Origin: Octopus sinensis
Taxonomy: Eukaryota
DNA: 64,000 nucleotides
Assembly (NCBI RefSeq): GCF_006345805.1
Contig: NC_042999.1
Location: 119,164,001-119,228,000, forward strand
Direction: 5' to 3'
The notes under the pieces were generated by a model that had not been told where the DNA came from, searched no databases, and saw only the letters and a program-made list of their open reading frames with translations. This document shows, piece by piece, positions 24,061 to 36,818 of this stretch (positions are counted from its first letter, which is position 1; each line of letters opens with the position of its first letter). The position numbers and the translations under genes were made by a program.

Positions 24061-25337
24061 ATAATCCCATAAATAATGCAGTTTTTTCAGTTGCATGAAC
24101 TAAAAGTCAGAGGAGGATGGGATAAACTACCAGCATCAACTTGCTATAAATCAAGAAGTAATTTTACCTTTGTTTTATTCTTAGTACAAGTTTTGAAGAG
24201 TGCAGTTCGATTTTAACAGTTATTTTTTCAAAGCTTTAATGGAAGTGACAAAAGGGCATATTTGGCATATTTTGCTTTATGAGTTCAATAAAGGCAACAA
24301 CATAATGGAAAGTGCAAGGAATATTAATGCAGTATATGGAAATCGGGCAATAAGCCTAAGCCAGTGCCAATGGTGGTTCCAGAAATTCCAAGCTGGAAAC
24401 TACAGCCTAGAAGATGAGCCTCATCCTGGAAGATCTGTAGAGCTGGACAAGGATGTCCTGCACAACCCTGGTGGAAAAAATCCCATCGTAACTCTTGAGG
24501 AACTAGCAGAGAAACTTGGATTTAGTCATTCATCTACACCTGCCTGCCATTGGAAAAGTCAGCAAATTGGGTCAATGGGTTCCTCACATACTTTCCGAGT
24601 CTAATCGCATGCAGATAGTGAATGTGTGTTCTTCTTTGCTGTCACGTCTCATGGAGGGATCGTTTTGGACCGAATTGTGACTGGTGAGGAGAAATGAGTT
24701 CTCTATAAAAATGTCAAGTGCTGAAGACACTGGGTAGGGAAAAGAGAAACACTGGTATCCCATGCTAAAGAAGGGCTTCACCCACATAAGGTGTTGTTAT
24801 CTGTTTAGTGGAATATGAAAGATTTAGTCTACTTTGAACTTTTAAACCCAAACCAAATGATAACAAAGGAGATCTACTGAGAGCAGCTTGAGCGGCTTAA
24901 GTCAGCACTAGAAGAAAAATGACCGTCTTTGGTTTCAAGAAAAAAGTGTTTTTCCATTAGGATTATACTTGGCCACATACAGCAAGGATGGCATTCCAAA
25001 GGGTGGAGCAGTTGCAATGGGAAACGATGTCCCACCCACCATATTCGCCAGACATTGCCCCCATCTGATTATCATTCATTATGCAATCTTCAAAATCACA
25101 TGGATGGAAAAAAATATGAATTCTGTAGACGAGGTCAGAAGAGTACTTGAGGAGTATTTTTCATCACAGACAAGAGAATTTTGGAAGAGGAGCCTTGCAA
25201 GCCTACCAGAAATGTGGAAAAGCATTGTAAGAAATTAAGGAGAGTTTACTTTAGATTAAAAAAGAACTTTGTTTATCTTAATTTTGAATGAATAAAAGAA
25301 GTATAACAAATCGCATTATTTACGGGATGACCCAATA
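24061..25337 (+). mobile_element. Near full-length mariner transposon, pseudogenised
   Basis: MEVTKGHIWHILLYEFNKG...WFQKFQAGNYSLEDEPHPGRS and later mariner segments are broken by stops and frameshifts. The 3' TIR is CGCATTATTTACGGGATGACCCAA-TA; the 5' TIR is partial (ATCCCATAAATAATGC). Confidence 0.9.
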
Positions 25338-25376
25338 TATATATGTATATATATATATGTATGTATGTGTGTGTGT

Positions 25377-25435
<59 letters not shown>

Positions 25436-26229
25436 TATGATGATTGATGGCTTAGCTGGCTAGAACTTCAAAGTCCTTGTCAATACTATTCTTATTAAAG
25501 GAAAATAAATTTGTACTCCACAAAGATATGGAGCAATCCTTGAGATTAATGTAAAAGTGTTTTATTGTAAGTGAACATGAAAACAAATATTAGTATATCT
25601 ACATCTCTATCCATCCACCCACAATATGTATATATATATATATATTTACATATAATCAGGGGCATAACTAGGATGAGCAAGCAGGGCACAAGCCCTGGGC
25701 CCATTTTGAGTAGGGTTGCAGTTTTGGCCCAGATCATTTTCTAATTAATCCATTTCTATGCAAGTTTCCACTTTTTGGTTGATGGGGTGGAGGGGCACAA
25801 TTTTGATGCCTGCTCTGGGTGCCATTTACTCCATCAATGACCCTGAATATAAATATATGTCATAGTTGTTGTCTCTATTTAATGTCTGCTCTCTATGTTG
25901 GTTGGTTAGACAAGATCTGATGAGTTGAAGAAATTTTGGTTGTGATATGGTTTCTTCAGACGGATGGTTTTGCTAATGCCAACCACTTTACAGGATGTAC
26001 TGATTTTTTTTTTCTATTTTGTGGCATCACTATCAGTAAGGAAACCTTGCAACTTCCAGAAATAATTGGCTTAAAGTGGCTCCCTTTGGTATATATACAT
26101 ACATATCTATAAACACACACACGCACACACACACATATATACATACATATATATATATATTATATATATATATATATATACATAGAAATATATATACACA
26201 TACACACATATATATATATATGTATATAA

Positions 26230-26296
<67 letters not shown>

Positions 26297-26987
26297 AATA
26301 TATATATATATATATATGGAACCAATGTTGCAAAGTGTTCCTATCCAACACTCGATGACTGAATCAATTTTCCTTATACACAATCAAACACACTTACACA
26401 CACAGACACAGACACGCACATGCATACTCATACATACAGGGTGTCTCAATAAAATGTATACACTTTATAAAACCTGGTAACTCAATTTTCATTTCTTTAT
26501 AGATTTAATCCATTAGAAGTAATAAAGGAAGCCAGATCAAGCTTTGCACAAAGAAAAATTTCTATAAAGTGCAATTCGCAGATTAAAACCACAATGTTTT
26601 TATTACATATTTTCCCTAACGCTTGATTTCTGAAAGGGCTTTTTTTAACCCTTGTAATTATTACTATGATTTCCACATATATAGGCAATTTATGTTTTCA
26701 GTTTTTAATTAAATTTCACCTTGGTTTTTCAATAGTGGTATTTTTTGTCAGCATTCAATTGTTTGCACTAAAAAAGAGCGCAGTTATGTTTTTTTAAAAG
26801 TAATAACACTCTGTCCAATCAGCTTTGAATATTTTGCTGAAGAGTTACTAAATAATTATCACTGCACCATTTATAAACATTTATAGAGTATCATATTTTT
26901 CAAAATATTCACAGTTGTTTGATGATCAATCACATGAAACTGAATAATTGTTTGTGAAGACTTTCCAGCTTCAGCAAACACACACAT

Positions 26988-27034
<47 letters not shown>

Positions 27035-27379
27035 ACACACACACACACTCTGTACATTATATATAGGTGTATATATACATGCACACACACACACATGCAC
27101 ACATGCACACATGCACACATGCACACACACACACAACCTAAAGGCAGAAATATATATATCACTAAAGTGACAAAGAGCAATATTATTGCTAGAAAGGGCA
27201 CCAGTATTGCTAGAAATAAGAGTCAAAACAACTCAATAGCCACAGAAGCACTATCTTAATGACTGACAAGAATGCTTTGGTGGGTATTGAATTGTTTTGA
27301 CTATTATTTCTAGCAATACTGGTACTGATTAGTGCCCTTTGTCACTTTAGTGATATATTTATATACGAGATAAAGGGAA

Positions 27380-27710
27380 AAGAATAAAGACCCCTCTTTG
27401 GTCATGAATGACCATGGGATTGCACCTAGAAGTGTTCCCCTCTAAGGTACATGTCTGGACCAGCTGTCACCCATGCATACCAGCCTCCCTTATCCACACC
27501 ACTCATGTTGTCCGAGGGAAAGGCAATGGTTAATATGACTTGGCACCAGTGACACTGCAACTCATTTCTACAGCTGAGTGAAGTGGAGCAATGTGAAATA
27601 AAGTGTCTTGCTCATGAACACAACACACAACCTGATCTGGGAGTTGAACTCACTAACTCATGATTGAGTGCCTGTCGCTCAAACCACTCAGCCATGTGCC
27701 TTCATACACA
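27380..27710 (-). mobile_element. tRNA-derived SINE (family shared with 63680-63950)
   Basis: Shares GGTCATGAATGACCATGGGATTGCACCTAG and CAACTCATTTCTACAGCTGAG with 63680-63950. tRNA-like head on the minus strand. Confidence 0.75.
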
Positions 27711-28543
27711 CACATACATAAACATTATATACAGTATATATAGGTATATACAAACAAACACGATATATATATGTGTGTGTGTGTATATACATTGTATATT
27801 TACTTAGGGTGTGCATTTAAGTGCACATTGTACATACGCATCTCCCTCACTCTCTTTCTCTCTCCTTTTGTATATTCATAGTTACAATGTATATATGCTA
27901 ATATACACACAAATAGTTTTGCATATAGATGCATTTAATACCTAGGGGAAGAACTTTTGTTATTGATTTATAGCATTCAACGAGGTGTAAAAATAATTTT
28001 TTAATAAACAAGCTGTAATATTCCCAGTTTGACTCACTTCATTCGCCCCGGCAGTGGTGGTGGGATCACCATCACCACTGCTGCTACTACTACTGCTGTT
28101 GCTGCTGCTACTACTACTATTACTACTACTTCCTCTGATCTCTCCTGAATGAAATATTATTGCCTTTATTTTCCTTCAAAGCTTTTCCTTCCTCTATTGT
28201 TTCATGTTTGCTATCCATAAATTTTTTTTTTTTTGCTGTAGCTCAAAAGTGTATATAAATACCTAACAATAAATATTGTTTGTGATATACATTTCTTCGG
28301 AAGTATATTGTGGTCAACGATGATTTCCGTAACACAAACAGTGCTAGCAGCAATATTAAACACACTGTCCTCATTTCATTTTAGCTTTTTAGTTCTTATG
28401 AAACTGATGCTACCTATATTTGTTTTTCCAAAGTTTAAATCATTCTGTAACTAGTACAAAAGAAGAACTGAACTGTATTGGATTCCTTGAACTCTATATG
28501 TTTTTATCTTCATCTATATATAGATACATATGCATATACACAT

Positions 28544-28577
<34 letters not shown>

Positions 28578-28690
28578 TGTTATATTTCGGAATGGTCATT
28601 TGCCAGTTTAGCCAATAAAAACACACGCACTATATATTTGGTGTTATTTTGCTTCAGTGTTATTTATTTTTTACAGTAATCTTAATCTTA

Positions 28691-28736
28691 TTTCGGAGTT
28701 CTTTCGTCACACTCCTGTGACCGCATCAGTGGTCCT
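28691..28736 (-). ncRNA. Hammerhead-like motif in the PLE terminal repeat, imperfect
   Basis: The minus strand reads CTGATGCG-GTCACA GGAG TGTGAC-GAAA-GAAC-TC. Stem II is perfect, but the core deviates from CUGAUGA and stem I does not pair. Confidence 0.45.
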
Positions 28737-29119
28737 TTGTTTTCTTCTTTCTTATTTGTGTCTCTCCTTACTAACCGTCAGCCATTTTGTATTTCTATTG
28801 TATGTCTTCATTTGTGCATGCTTATATCTCTATGTGTGTCTATGTTTATTTAGTGTGTGTGGGGGGGATGCCTGTAATATTTGTATCTTCTGTTTATATA
28901 CGTTCGTGTAATTTGTTTTTGTTGTTGTTGTTTTTGTTTATTCTTATTTTGTTCATGTGTTTACATCCACTTATTATTATCATTACATATGCTTGTATGT
29001 ATGTATGTATAACAACAATACTAGTAATAATAATAATAAATCGAACAAAAAATAACATAGTTATTTATTTCTATTTGTTTATTTATCTGTGTATTTATTA
29101 TGTTTTCGGGATCCTCTAC

Positions 29120-29500
29120 CGTCATATGTTGTGGTGTGTGCTAGTGTTCCATTCTAGTTTTCTATTCAGGCTAGGATTATTTTCTATTATGTGTGTAGCT
29201 TCTGTAATTTGTCTGATTGTTGCATCTGTTCTATGTGTGGACAATATTTTAATTTCTATGTTGTTGATTGATCCCGCGTGTTCCTGTTCGGCGTGTTGGT
29301 ACAGAATCGATGTTGGTACAGAAACCTTCCTTGAGTTGTCTCCAATGTTTCATTTACCTGCTCTCCTATGCTTCTTGCTGTTTCCCCTACGTATGTCATT
29401 GTCTTGTTACTGCATCGTCCCTCTATACATCTTATACTATAGACTACATTTCTGGCTTTACAGTTTGTTTGTGGGCTAAATCTACATACAGTACAGTACA
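29120..29500 (-). pseudogene. GIY-YIG endonuclease domain of the PLE, disrupted by several small indels and duplications
   Basis: After correcting small indels the region reads NPCTDKYCTVC...NCKARNVVYSIRCIEGRCSNKTMTYVGETARSIGE..NEHW...SILYQHAEQEH...IRQITEATHIIENNPSLNRKLEW. Confidence 0.85.
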
Positions 29501-32156
29501 GTACTTATCCGTACAGGGGGTTCTACTAAAAGGATAGGTTTGATAGGGTTGCCTGGCTTTTCAACAACCTTAATCCTTAGCTTAAGTTTGTCTAGGGTCC
29601 TTCTAAAGCAGTACGCCAGTTCACCTCCAGGGGTGGTGTCAATGAACATGACACTCTGGTATTTATGGCTATCATACCAAGAGTTGGCCTTCCCTATTTT
29701 CTTTTTTGTCCTTTCTATAGTGTTCCATGACTTGTTCCTATAGAGTGGGCAAATCCCATTCCTATCATTACATAATATATTATCAAATTTCTTCATGGCT
29801 CCTTTGTATACTCTGATCCTTTCTTTATGGCTGTAACCTGAGAACTGCATGTGGTGAATGAAATATTGTATGTGTCTCTTTAACTCTGTTGGCTCGCACA
29901 TGTGTGACACATTTCTCATTATTCTGACGAGGTCTGCCATCAAAATATTGAATTTGGCATTGTCCGCAATGGCTGAGTTCCGGTGGATCAAGTATTTTGA
30001 GGCGATAGGTTTGGCATAGTGTGAATGAAGGATTTGGGTTTTATTATTCACAATTTCTAGCCAGAGTTCAGTGTCTAGTACTGGTAGTCTATGGTTGGGG
30101 TGTTTAGTGGGGTAGTCTATTGTGACCTTAATACTCTGGTGGATGGAGTTAGCTATTTGCTGGATGCGCTCCATAGTATTAGTTTCTATTACTATATCAA
30201 CAGCACTCTCTTGTGGGGGTGCCTTTACCACTATGTTGATATCATCAACATAGCGGGAGTACATGATTACGAGTATGGAGTTCTGTGTTAGGCATTCTTT
30301 AAGCCTTCTGTCCCACCATACCATGAAAAGGTTGGCCACATCACCAGCGATACTAACGCCGATGGCTGCCCCCTCGTCCTGGACATATATTTTATTGTTA
30401 AACTTAAACATGTGGCCTTTTAGGGTAACTCTTATACTAGCTCCTAGTGCATGTGCAATCATTTTCTTTATCTGATGGACATTTGTGGGGCTCCGTATGG
30501 CTCTGATCCATCTGTGCCATCTTTCTATATGTGTCTTCCTAGCCATAGAAGTGCTTGTGGGCAGTCTACCTCTTAAACATCTACTGGGGCAGAAACTACT
30601 AAGATTATGTTTATCTAGGTATTCATTGTTACATGTCAGTCTAAGTAGGAGGCCCAGTTCCTCTGTGTTGACATTACGGAACTCCACCTGGCTCTCGTTG
30701 ATCATCTCAACGCACTTCTCCACCACAAAATCTATGTCGATCGATGGGTATAGGGATACCACACCCATGCTACCCACCATACATCCTGTCATGTTACAAG
30801 TGTTATTACAGTCATTGATCCTGCTGAGGAGATCTTCTGTGCTGTCACACACATCAGGTGACATCCGGATTATAGGGCATATGATCATTGAGAGGAAGGA
30901 GGAGATTCTGTAATTGCTAGCGATATTCGCTCCACAGACTGGTCTTGTTGGTGGTCCTGCTATAGGGTCAGTGGTTACTTTATGGTCCTTGCGATGTCCA
31001 TAGAGTGCTGGGATATCATTGTTCCAGGCTTGGAAATTATTTGCTGTATGTTTCTGGGGTCCCAGAACAATTGTCCACATCATCATGTGGGTGTTGAGGA
31101 CCTTTTCTTTCTCCTCATGCACCTGTAAAGTTGTTATTTTTGTATTGGCGATATGAGGTTGCATTGCCTGGATGTAGTTCGGTAAGCTGTCTATTGACAT
31201 CCTGCCGGACTTATCTGTGGGAAGGCATACCACCTCTCCATTCCTCGTGCGCTGAATGAGCTTACATAGGCCACATGCAGGTTTAATCCCGAGTTGTTGG
31301 GCCTCTGTCTTATTCTGTCTCTGTCTCTTAGTGTATAATCCTAAAATCTGTCTAAGTTTGGTCCTAGCTATAGTGAACTGTGCTTCCATATGGTCATTAG
31401 TATGTCTTGGGATGTAGACTCTTTTGTTGAAGGGTAATGTTGTTGGATAAATCCAGCTCATGCAGTAAGATTTGTCACATACGTTGAAGAATTGAGTGTC
31501 AAAGGGGTGGGTATACATGTTAATGGCCTTTCTAGGGTTATCTTCATTATCGTTACTACTATTTCTGTCGTTACTGTTCCCACCATCAGCCTCCCTATTA
31601 TTATTGCCACCATTACCACTATCATTATTACCACTGCTACTATTATTACTGTTACAACCACAACTATCACTACTACCATCATTACTACTTCTACTGTTAC
31701 CACCACCACTACTACTACCACTGTTATTGTTATTACCGTTATTCCTACCATTGCCATTATTGCTATCATTCTGATTATCACTAGTGATATTTTCATTGTT
31801 CCTGTTTCTGGTGTATGTGTTGTTCATATTAGTGTTGAGTTTTATGTCTGTCTGTTGGTCCCTGTCATTCCCTCTGTTGTGGTTGTTATTTTTGTTCCTA
31901 CGAGTATTGTTATCTGTTTCAAGTCTACTGACTCCCTGTCCAAGGATTCTGTTGCATTCAACTTTATTTTCCATCGTGACCCCCATGACATAACTTTTAT
32001 TCGTGTCCTTGTGACTATGGTTATCTGTGTGTGTGTTTGTGTGCCGGTTCTCCCTATAATTGTTGTTGTTGCTGTTGTATACAATTTTTTTCTCTCTGTT
32101 TATGTTTTTGTATTTGTATCTATTGTTTGTGTCTATGCATTCATTTTTTCTGTTGT

Positions 32157-32187
<31 letters not shown>

Positions 32188-32211
32188 AAAATACAGTGTA
32201 CATTTAAACAC
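29482..32211 (-). CDS. PLE reverse transcriptase ORF (909 codons; true start probably near 31987-31975, MGVTM) with an N/G/S-rich N-terminal region
   Basis: Uninterrupted ORF with PTDKSG, DVVSLYPSID-like GVVSLYPSID, QDEGAAIGVSIAGDVANLFM, SRYVDDI, LPVLDTELW and HYAKPIAS, all characteristic of PLE RTs. Confidence 0.9.
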
Positions 32212-32413
32212 ATAAGGAATCCACTCGTAGGATTCAACACGCTAGAAAGAACAGCTAGCTTCTATAATCACAAAATTAGGGATAAAAACCTACAGCAATG
32301 AAATGAAAAAATAAAAAAATTTTACCATCTAGTTTCTTGGACCAATTGGTTTCTGATTTTAGTTTAGCAAATAAATAATATTCACTAGGTATATATGTGT
32401 ATATCTATCTATC

Positions 32414-32487
<74 letters not shown>

Positions 32488-32519
32488 TGTATACATAAAT
32501 ACACACACACAACGCATAC

Positions 32520-33310
32520 GCACAGAACCCTACCCCTTCGGGCTGGTGGCCCTGTTCGATTTGTAGGAACAGTGAAGGCAGGAACTCCATATGGTGTACC
32601 CAGTGCAAGCTATGAGCACACAAGAGGTGCAGTGGGTTAATTGGAAGGTTATCAGAGAAGATAGTTTTCGTATGTGGAAAATGCACAGGATCCATAAAAG
32701 TTTAGAGATTCAGTAAATTGATTCTCTCAAATGTCCTAGTGGCTCATTAGAGGTGGTAGATAATTTCTGCTACCTAGGGAACCAAATTAATAGTAGGGAA
32801 GGGTGCACGGAGAGTGTGATAGCTAAACTAAGAATAGAATAGAGGAAATTCAGAGAACTGTTTTCTCTGCTAGCCATGAAAGGTTTCTCTCTCTGAGTGA
32901 AAGAAGATTGTATGATGCATGTAAACCGACAGCAGTTCTACAAGGTAGTGAAATGAGGGCTCTGAATGCAGAGGACATGGAAAGGTTAGAAAAGAATGAG
33001 GCTAGTATGCTCTGCTGGATGTGTAATGTAAGTGTACATGTTTGACAGATTGCCAGTGTTCTGAGAGAGAAGTTAGGCATAAGAGGAACTGGTGACTGTG
33101 TGCAAGAGAGAAGACTGCACTGGTTTGGTCTTGTGATGCAGATGGATGCTGACAGTTCAATAAAGAAGTGCTGATCTTTCAAAGTGGATGGGACATGTGG
33201 AAGTGGGAGACCCAAGAAGGTATGAGATGAAGCATTTGAAGAACGATCTCAGGAAGCTGAACCTTTCAGGTAAGATGACAAAGGACCAAAGTACTTAGCA
33301 CTTGACCACA
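32520..33310 (+). mobile_element. 5'-truncated, degenerate RTE LINE fragment
   Basis: Encodes PCSIC...CTQCKL*AHKRC...CGKC, then FCYLGNQI and QERRLHWFGLVMQMD. Homologous to 47665-48432. Confidence 0.85.
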
Positions 33311-34430
33311 CTCAAGAAGGATCACAAACTATGTACTGTTTCATGGAATAAAAAGGGGTTAATATGATTTTGCCCAGAAATCATGTTTTCAAAATTATAA
33401 TTTCTCCTCTCCCCACCGAAATTTTCTAATTTTTAACTGTTTTTAAAATTTTGTTTTTATGCATGTGGAAAAATACAGAGATTACAAATGCAGGAAATAT
33501 AATTTGTTTTTGAAAATTTTATTTTTCTGAAAATACTGAATGCCCTTTCCTTCACTTCGGCCACCCTTCAGCTACTCGCTTTTGGGTGAAATGCAAATTT
33601 CTTGTATGGAAAACATAGGAATGTGAGAAATTGAGGAAAGAAATAAGGTGGTGGGTATGCAAATATCATGTCAGACATGCTAGAAACAACAGGTAAAGGA
33701 CAGGATTTCTGAGATAACTTCCTTGTAAGTTTAAATAGAAGATCAGGTTTTGAAATATGCTCATCACAAACAGGAATCACAGAATAGGAAAAGATAATTT
33801 CCATAGGATTTGAGCTGAAATTTAGTGCCAAGCAATTCATACAGAACTTTAACTGTGTATGAGCCAAAGGAAGTTATTTTTGCATATCTTTCTTAATTCA
33901 AAAAGAAGGAAACGTAGTGAAGTTGTAATATGTTAACAGCAGGTCTTCATACATTACAATGAGGAATTGAAAGAGAAAGATAATGCCTAATTCTATGCAT
34001 GCGTGAAACATGGAATGAAAGTGAAAATGACCTTAAAATTGTACGACACGACCTCATTTCAGGGGTTCTTGGCATCCCCTTCTCTCCTACTTTCCCCCAC
34101 TCTTTGTGCAAGCTTTCTTTCACTTTCAGCTATAGAAGATACATAGGGTATGAAACATCATTGTCTGTCTCCCACCCACTATCCGTCTTTCAACTTCTAT
34201 AGAAACTTGTTTTCTGTCTCTACTTCTTTCTCTTGTCTCTCTGTCATTTCCTCATTCTGCGTTTCATTGGTCATTCTGTAATAATTAATTTCTTTATGCT
34301 TTGAAGAGAGCAGAAATTGAAAGTGAAGACAAAGTGAAAAGGGGAGAGAGAGCAGAAAGTGAAGGAAATGAGAAAGTGAAAGATGTATGCATGTGTATAT
34401 GAAATGGACGTGTGTGTGTGTGTGTGTGCA

Positions 34431-34461
<31 letters not shown>

Positions 34462-34725
34462 GAAGGTGTGTGTCTTGATGATGGATGTCTTTTAAGATAC
34501 ACACTCATATAAAAAATGTGACATCATCATTGTCGTCGTCATCGTATAAAATGTTTACGATAGTTCACTTATGGAAAAGATTATAATTTAAAATTTTTGT
34601 AATGCAAATATGTCAAAGAAAATAAAGTTTAGTTGGTAGCGGAAATAGTACTGAATCTTTTGATAACCCATATGTCAAAATCGGCAACTCGGGTTTGGAA
34701 TGCATAAGGAACATACGCACTTCAA
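33310..34725. repeat. Unclassified interspersed repeat, same family as 7535-9790
   Basis: Collinear homology with 7535-7990 and 9140-9790. Confidence 0.7.
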
Positions 34726-34744
34726 CTGAAAGAGATTTAAAAAT

Positions 34745-36741
34745 ACAGGCACCTGCTTCTTATTGCTTTCTTAACTGGAAAAAGAACCATTTTTACATCG
34801 AATCATTACATATGGTGAGAAATAGAAACTCTTTGACAACAGCAGGAGAACAGGATAGTGATTAGATGCAGGAGAGTCACCTAAATACTATCCAAAACCA
34901 CCATTGCACTCTAAAAGGTTAGTGGTCACTGTATAGGGGTCTGTGAAGGGGGTTATTCATTATTCATTTTAGCAACAAGGAAAAACGGTAACAGCAACAT
35001 TGTATTGCCAGGAAATTGATTGTATGCATGAGAATTTGAAAAACATGCAACTCAGACTAGTGAATAGAGATGGCTGAATTTTGCTCTATGACAATGCATG
35101 TCCTCACACTTCTCAAGCTATGGTCCAAAAGTTGTAAAGCCTGAATTATAAGATTTTGCAACATCCTCCCTATTCCTCTGGTATCTCCCCTAATTATTAT
35201 CATTTATCAAGTCATCCCATAAGTTCTGTCTGAATTTTGAATAAAGAAAGCAAGTCATCAAATGTTATATTCAATTGAAATTTAATCATCAATGTACTTT
35301 CCCTGATTATCTATGACTTCATTCCATCTATTTACAACCTTTTTAATCCTATCAATGTAAGACTCTTTTGGTTTCAAAATGAAGAACTCTGAAATGTCAG
35401 TTTCGACCTCCTCCTGGCTTGCAAAAGTTATGTCCCCTAAATGATTCTAAAAATTATGAAACAAATGGTATTCTGAAGGAGCAAGATCAGGATAATAAGG
35501 TGGATGAGGAATTTTTTCCCAGCCAAGCTCTTTGATATTCTGTGATGTGATCTTTTCAGAGTGGAGTCATGCATTGTCCTGATGAAACTTCACTCCTTTT
35601 AAAATTCACTAAAGCAGGTCTTTTTTCTTCAAAGCTTGGTTCAAATGCTCTAATTGCTGACAGTAGACTTGAGCATTGATTGTTGCATTAGATGGTAACA
35701 ATTCAAAGTGAATTACTCCTTTGCAATCCCACCAGATAGAGAGAAGAACTTTTTTCCAATGAAGTTCCCTTCTCTGTTGTGGTTGAGCCTTTTCCCTTTT
35801 ATCAAGCCACTGTTTATGACGTTTAACATTTCAATAGAAGTTCCATTTTTTGTCACCAGTCACAAGTCTATCCAAAAAGGGTGAAATGAGTTCGCAAGAA
35901 TAGAGAGAAGAGCAGATGTCAACTTGGGATTTGCGGTTACTTTCGGACAATTCATGAGGCACCCATTTTCCAAGTTTAGGAACCTTTCCAAGTTGTTGAA
36001 GATGACAATGAACAGTTGCATGAGTTGAACTAAGCTTTTTTGCCAGTTCTTCAACTGATAATGTAGGATTTTCTTCAAGTAACACCTCAAGGAGCTTATC
36101 AAACTCAACTGGATGTCCTGTTCGATCTTCATCTTCAAGGCTGAATTCTCCACTTCTGAATTTTGCAAACCATCTTCTGCAAGTTCTTTCATTTAAGCAT
36201 GCTTTGCCATAAACTGAGTGTAAGCTTTGAATCACTTCGTTTGCAGAGTTTCCTTATTTGTACTTATAAAGCATTATGTGCCTGAAATGCTCTTTGGATA
36301 CTTCCATGTTAGAAAGGGTTTTAATCAAAGAAATTTTAATTCTATTATTCTGTAAAATAATATTTAATTAGTTTAAATGTACACAAATGCATAAAAATAA
36401 TTTTTAATTCCATTAGACATTCTAAAATACTACTAAATTTCATTCAATTTTTAAAAAGGTAAAATCGGAAAGAACTTATGTGATGACCTGATATTTAAGC
36501 ATTTTGAGCTTTTCATTCACAATAAAACATTCTTAAATAGAGACAACACTCAGATAGTTTATGACAGCAAACAATGAAATTTTTTTAAAGGTAGAATATA
36601 TGACTTTGAGAAATGTTGGGTAAAGGTCATAAATGAACATGGATCATACTTTGATTAAATAAGTCAGTTCTCAAACACTTCTGAAGCATTTTATTGTTAC
36701 CTCTCAAATACAAAATTTCATTTGTTTGTGACAACCTAATA
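34745..36741 (+). mobile_element. 5'-truncated mariner relic (outer element), split by a nested mariner
   Basis: 34745-35206 encodes EPFLHRIITYGEK...ILLYDNACPH...HPPYSSGISPNYYHL. It resumes at 36492 with FKHF and ends in the TIR TTTGTGACAACCTAA-TA. Confidence 0.8.
35207..36491 (-). mobile_element. Full-length (1285 bp) mariner transposon, pseudogenised, nested at a TA
   Basis: TIRs TCAAGTCATCCCATAAGTTCT / AGAACTTATGTGATGACCTGA, each flanked by TA. ORF 35831-36235 contains CRRWFAKFRSGEFSLEDEDRTG, WVPHEL and RLVTGDKKW; HPPYYPDLAPSEYHLF lies further downstream. Confidence 0.9.
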
Positions 36742-36751
36742 TATATATATA

Positions 36752-36818
<67 letters not shown>

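Larger units (their letters stand above)
28575..32160 (-). mobile_element. Penelope-like retroelement (C-terminal GIY-YIG; Neptune-like Cys-rich linker), young
   Basis: RT ORF, then Cys-rich linker, then GIY-YIG endonuclease, then a non-coding tail with a hammerhead-like motif. Both ends abut (TA)n/(CA)n tracts. Confidence 0.9.

Noticed and set aside
25638-25830. Possible hAT-like MITE (CAGGGGCATAACTAGG ... ATGACCCTG)
   Set aside because: The terminal match is only about 5 bp and no target-site duplication is evident.
26436-26900. Tc1-like terminus CAGGGTGTC (also CCACCCTG at about 49615-49623)
   Set aside because: Only one end is seen in each case and there is no convincing transposase motif.
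28787-29479. 230-aa hydrophobic plus-strand ORF that looks like a membrane protein
   Set aside because: It is antisense to the PLE endonuclease and A-rich 3' UTR; the hydrophobicity comes from T-rich codons.
31458-32301. Overlapping ORFs of 269, 112 and 92 aa with I/T/V/L runs
   Set aside because: They are alternative frames of the trinucleotide-rich N-terminal region of the PLE ORF.
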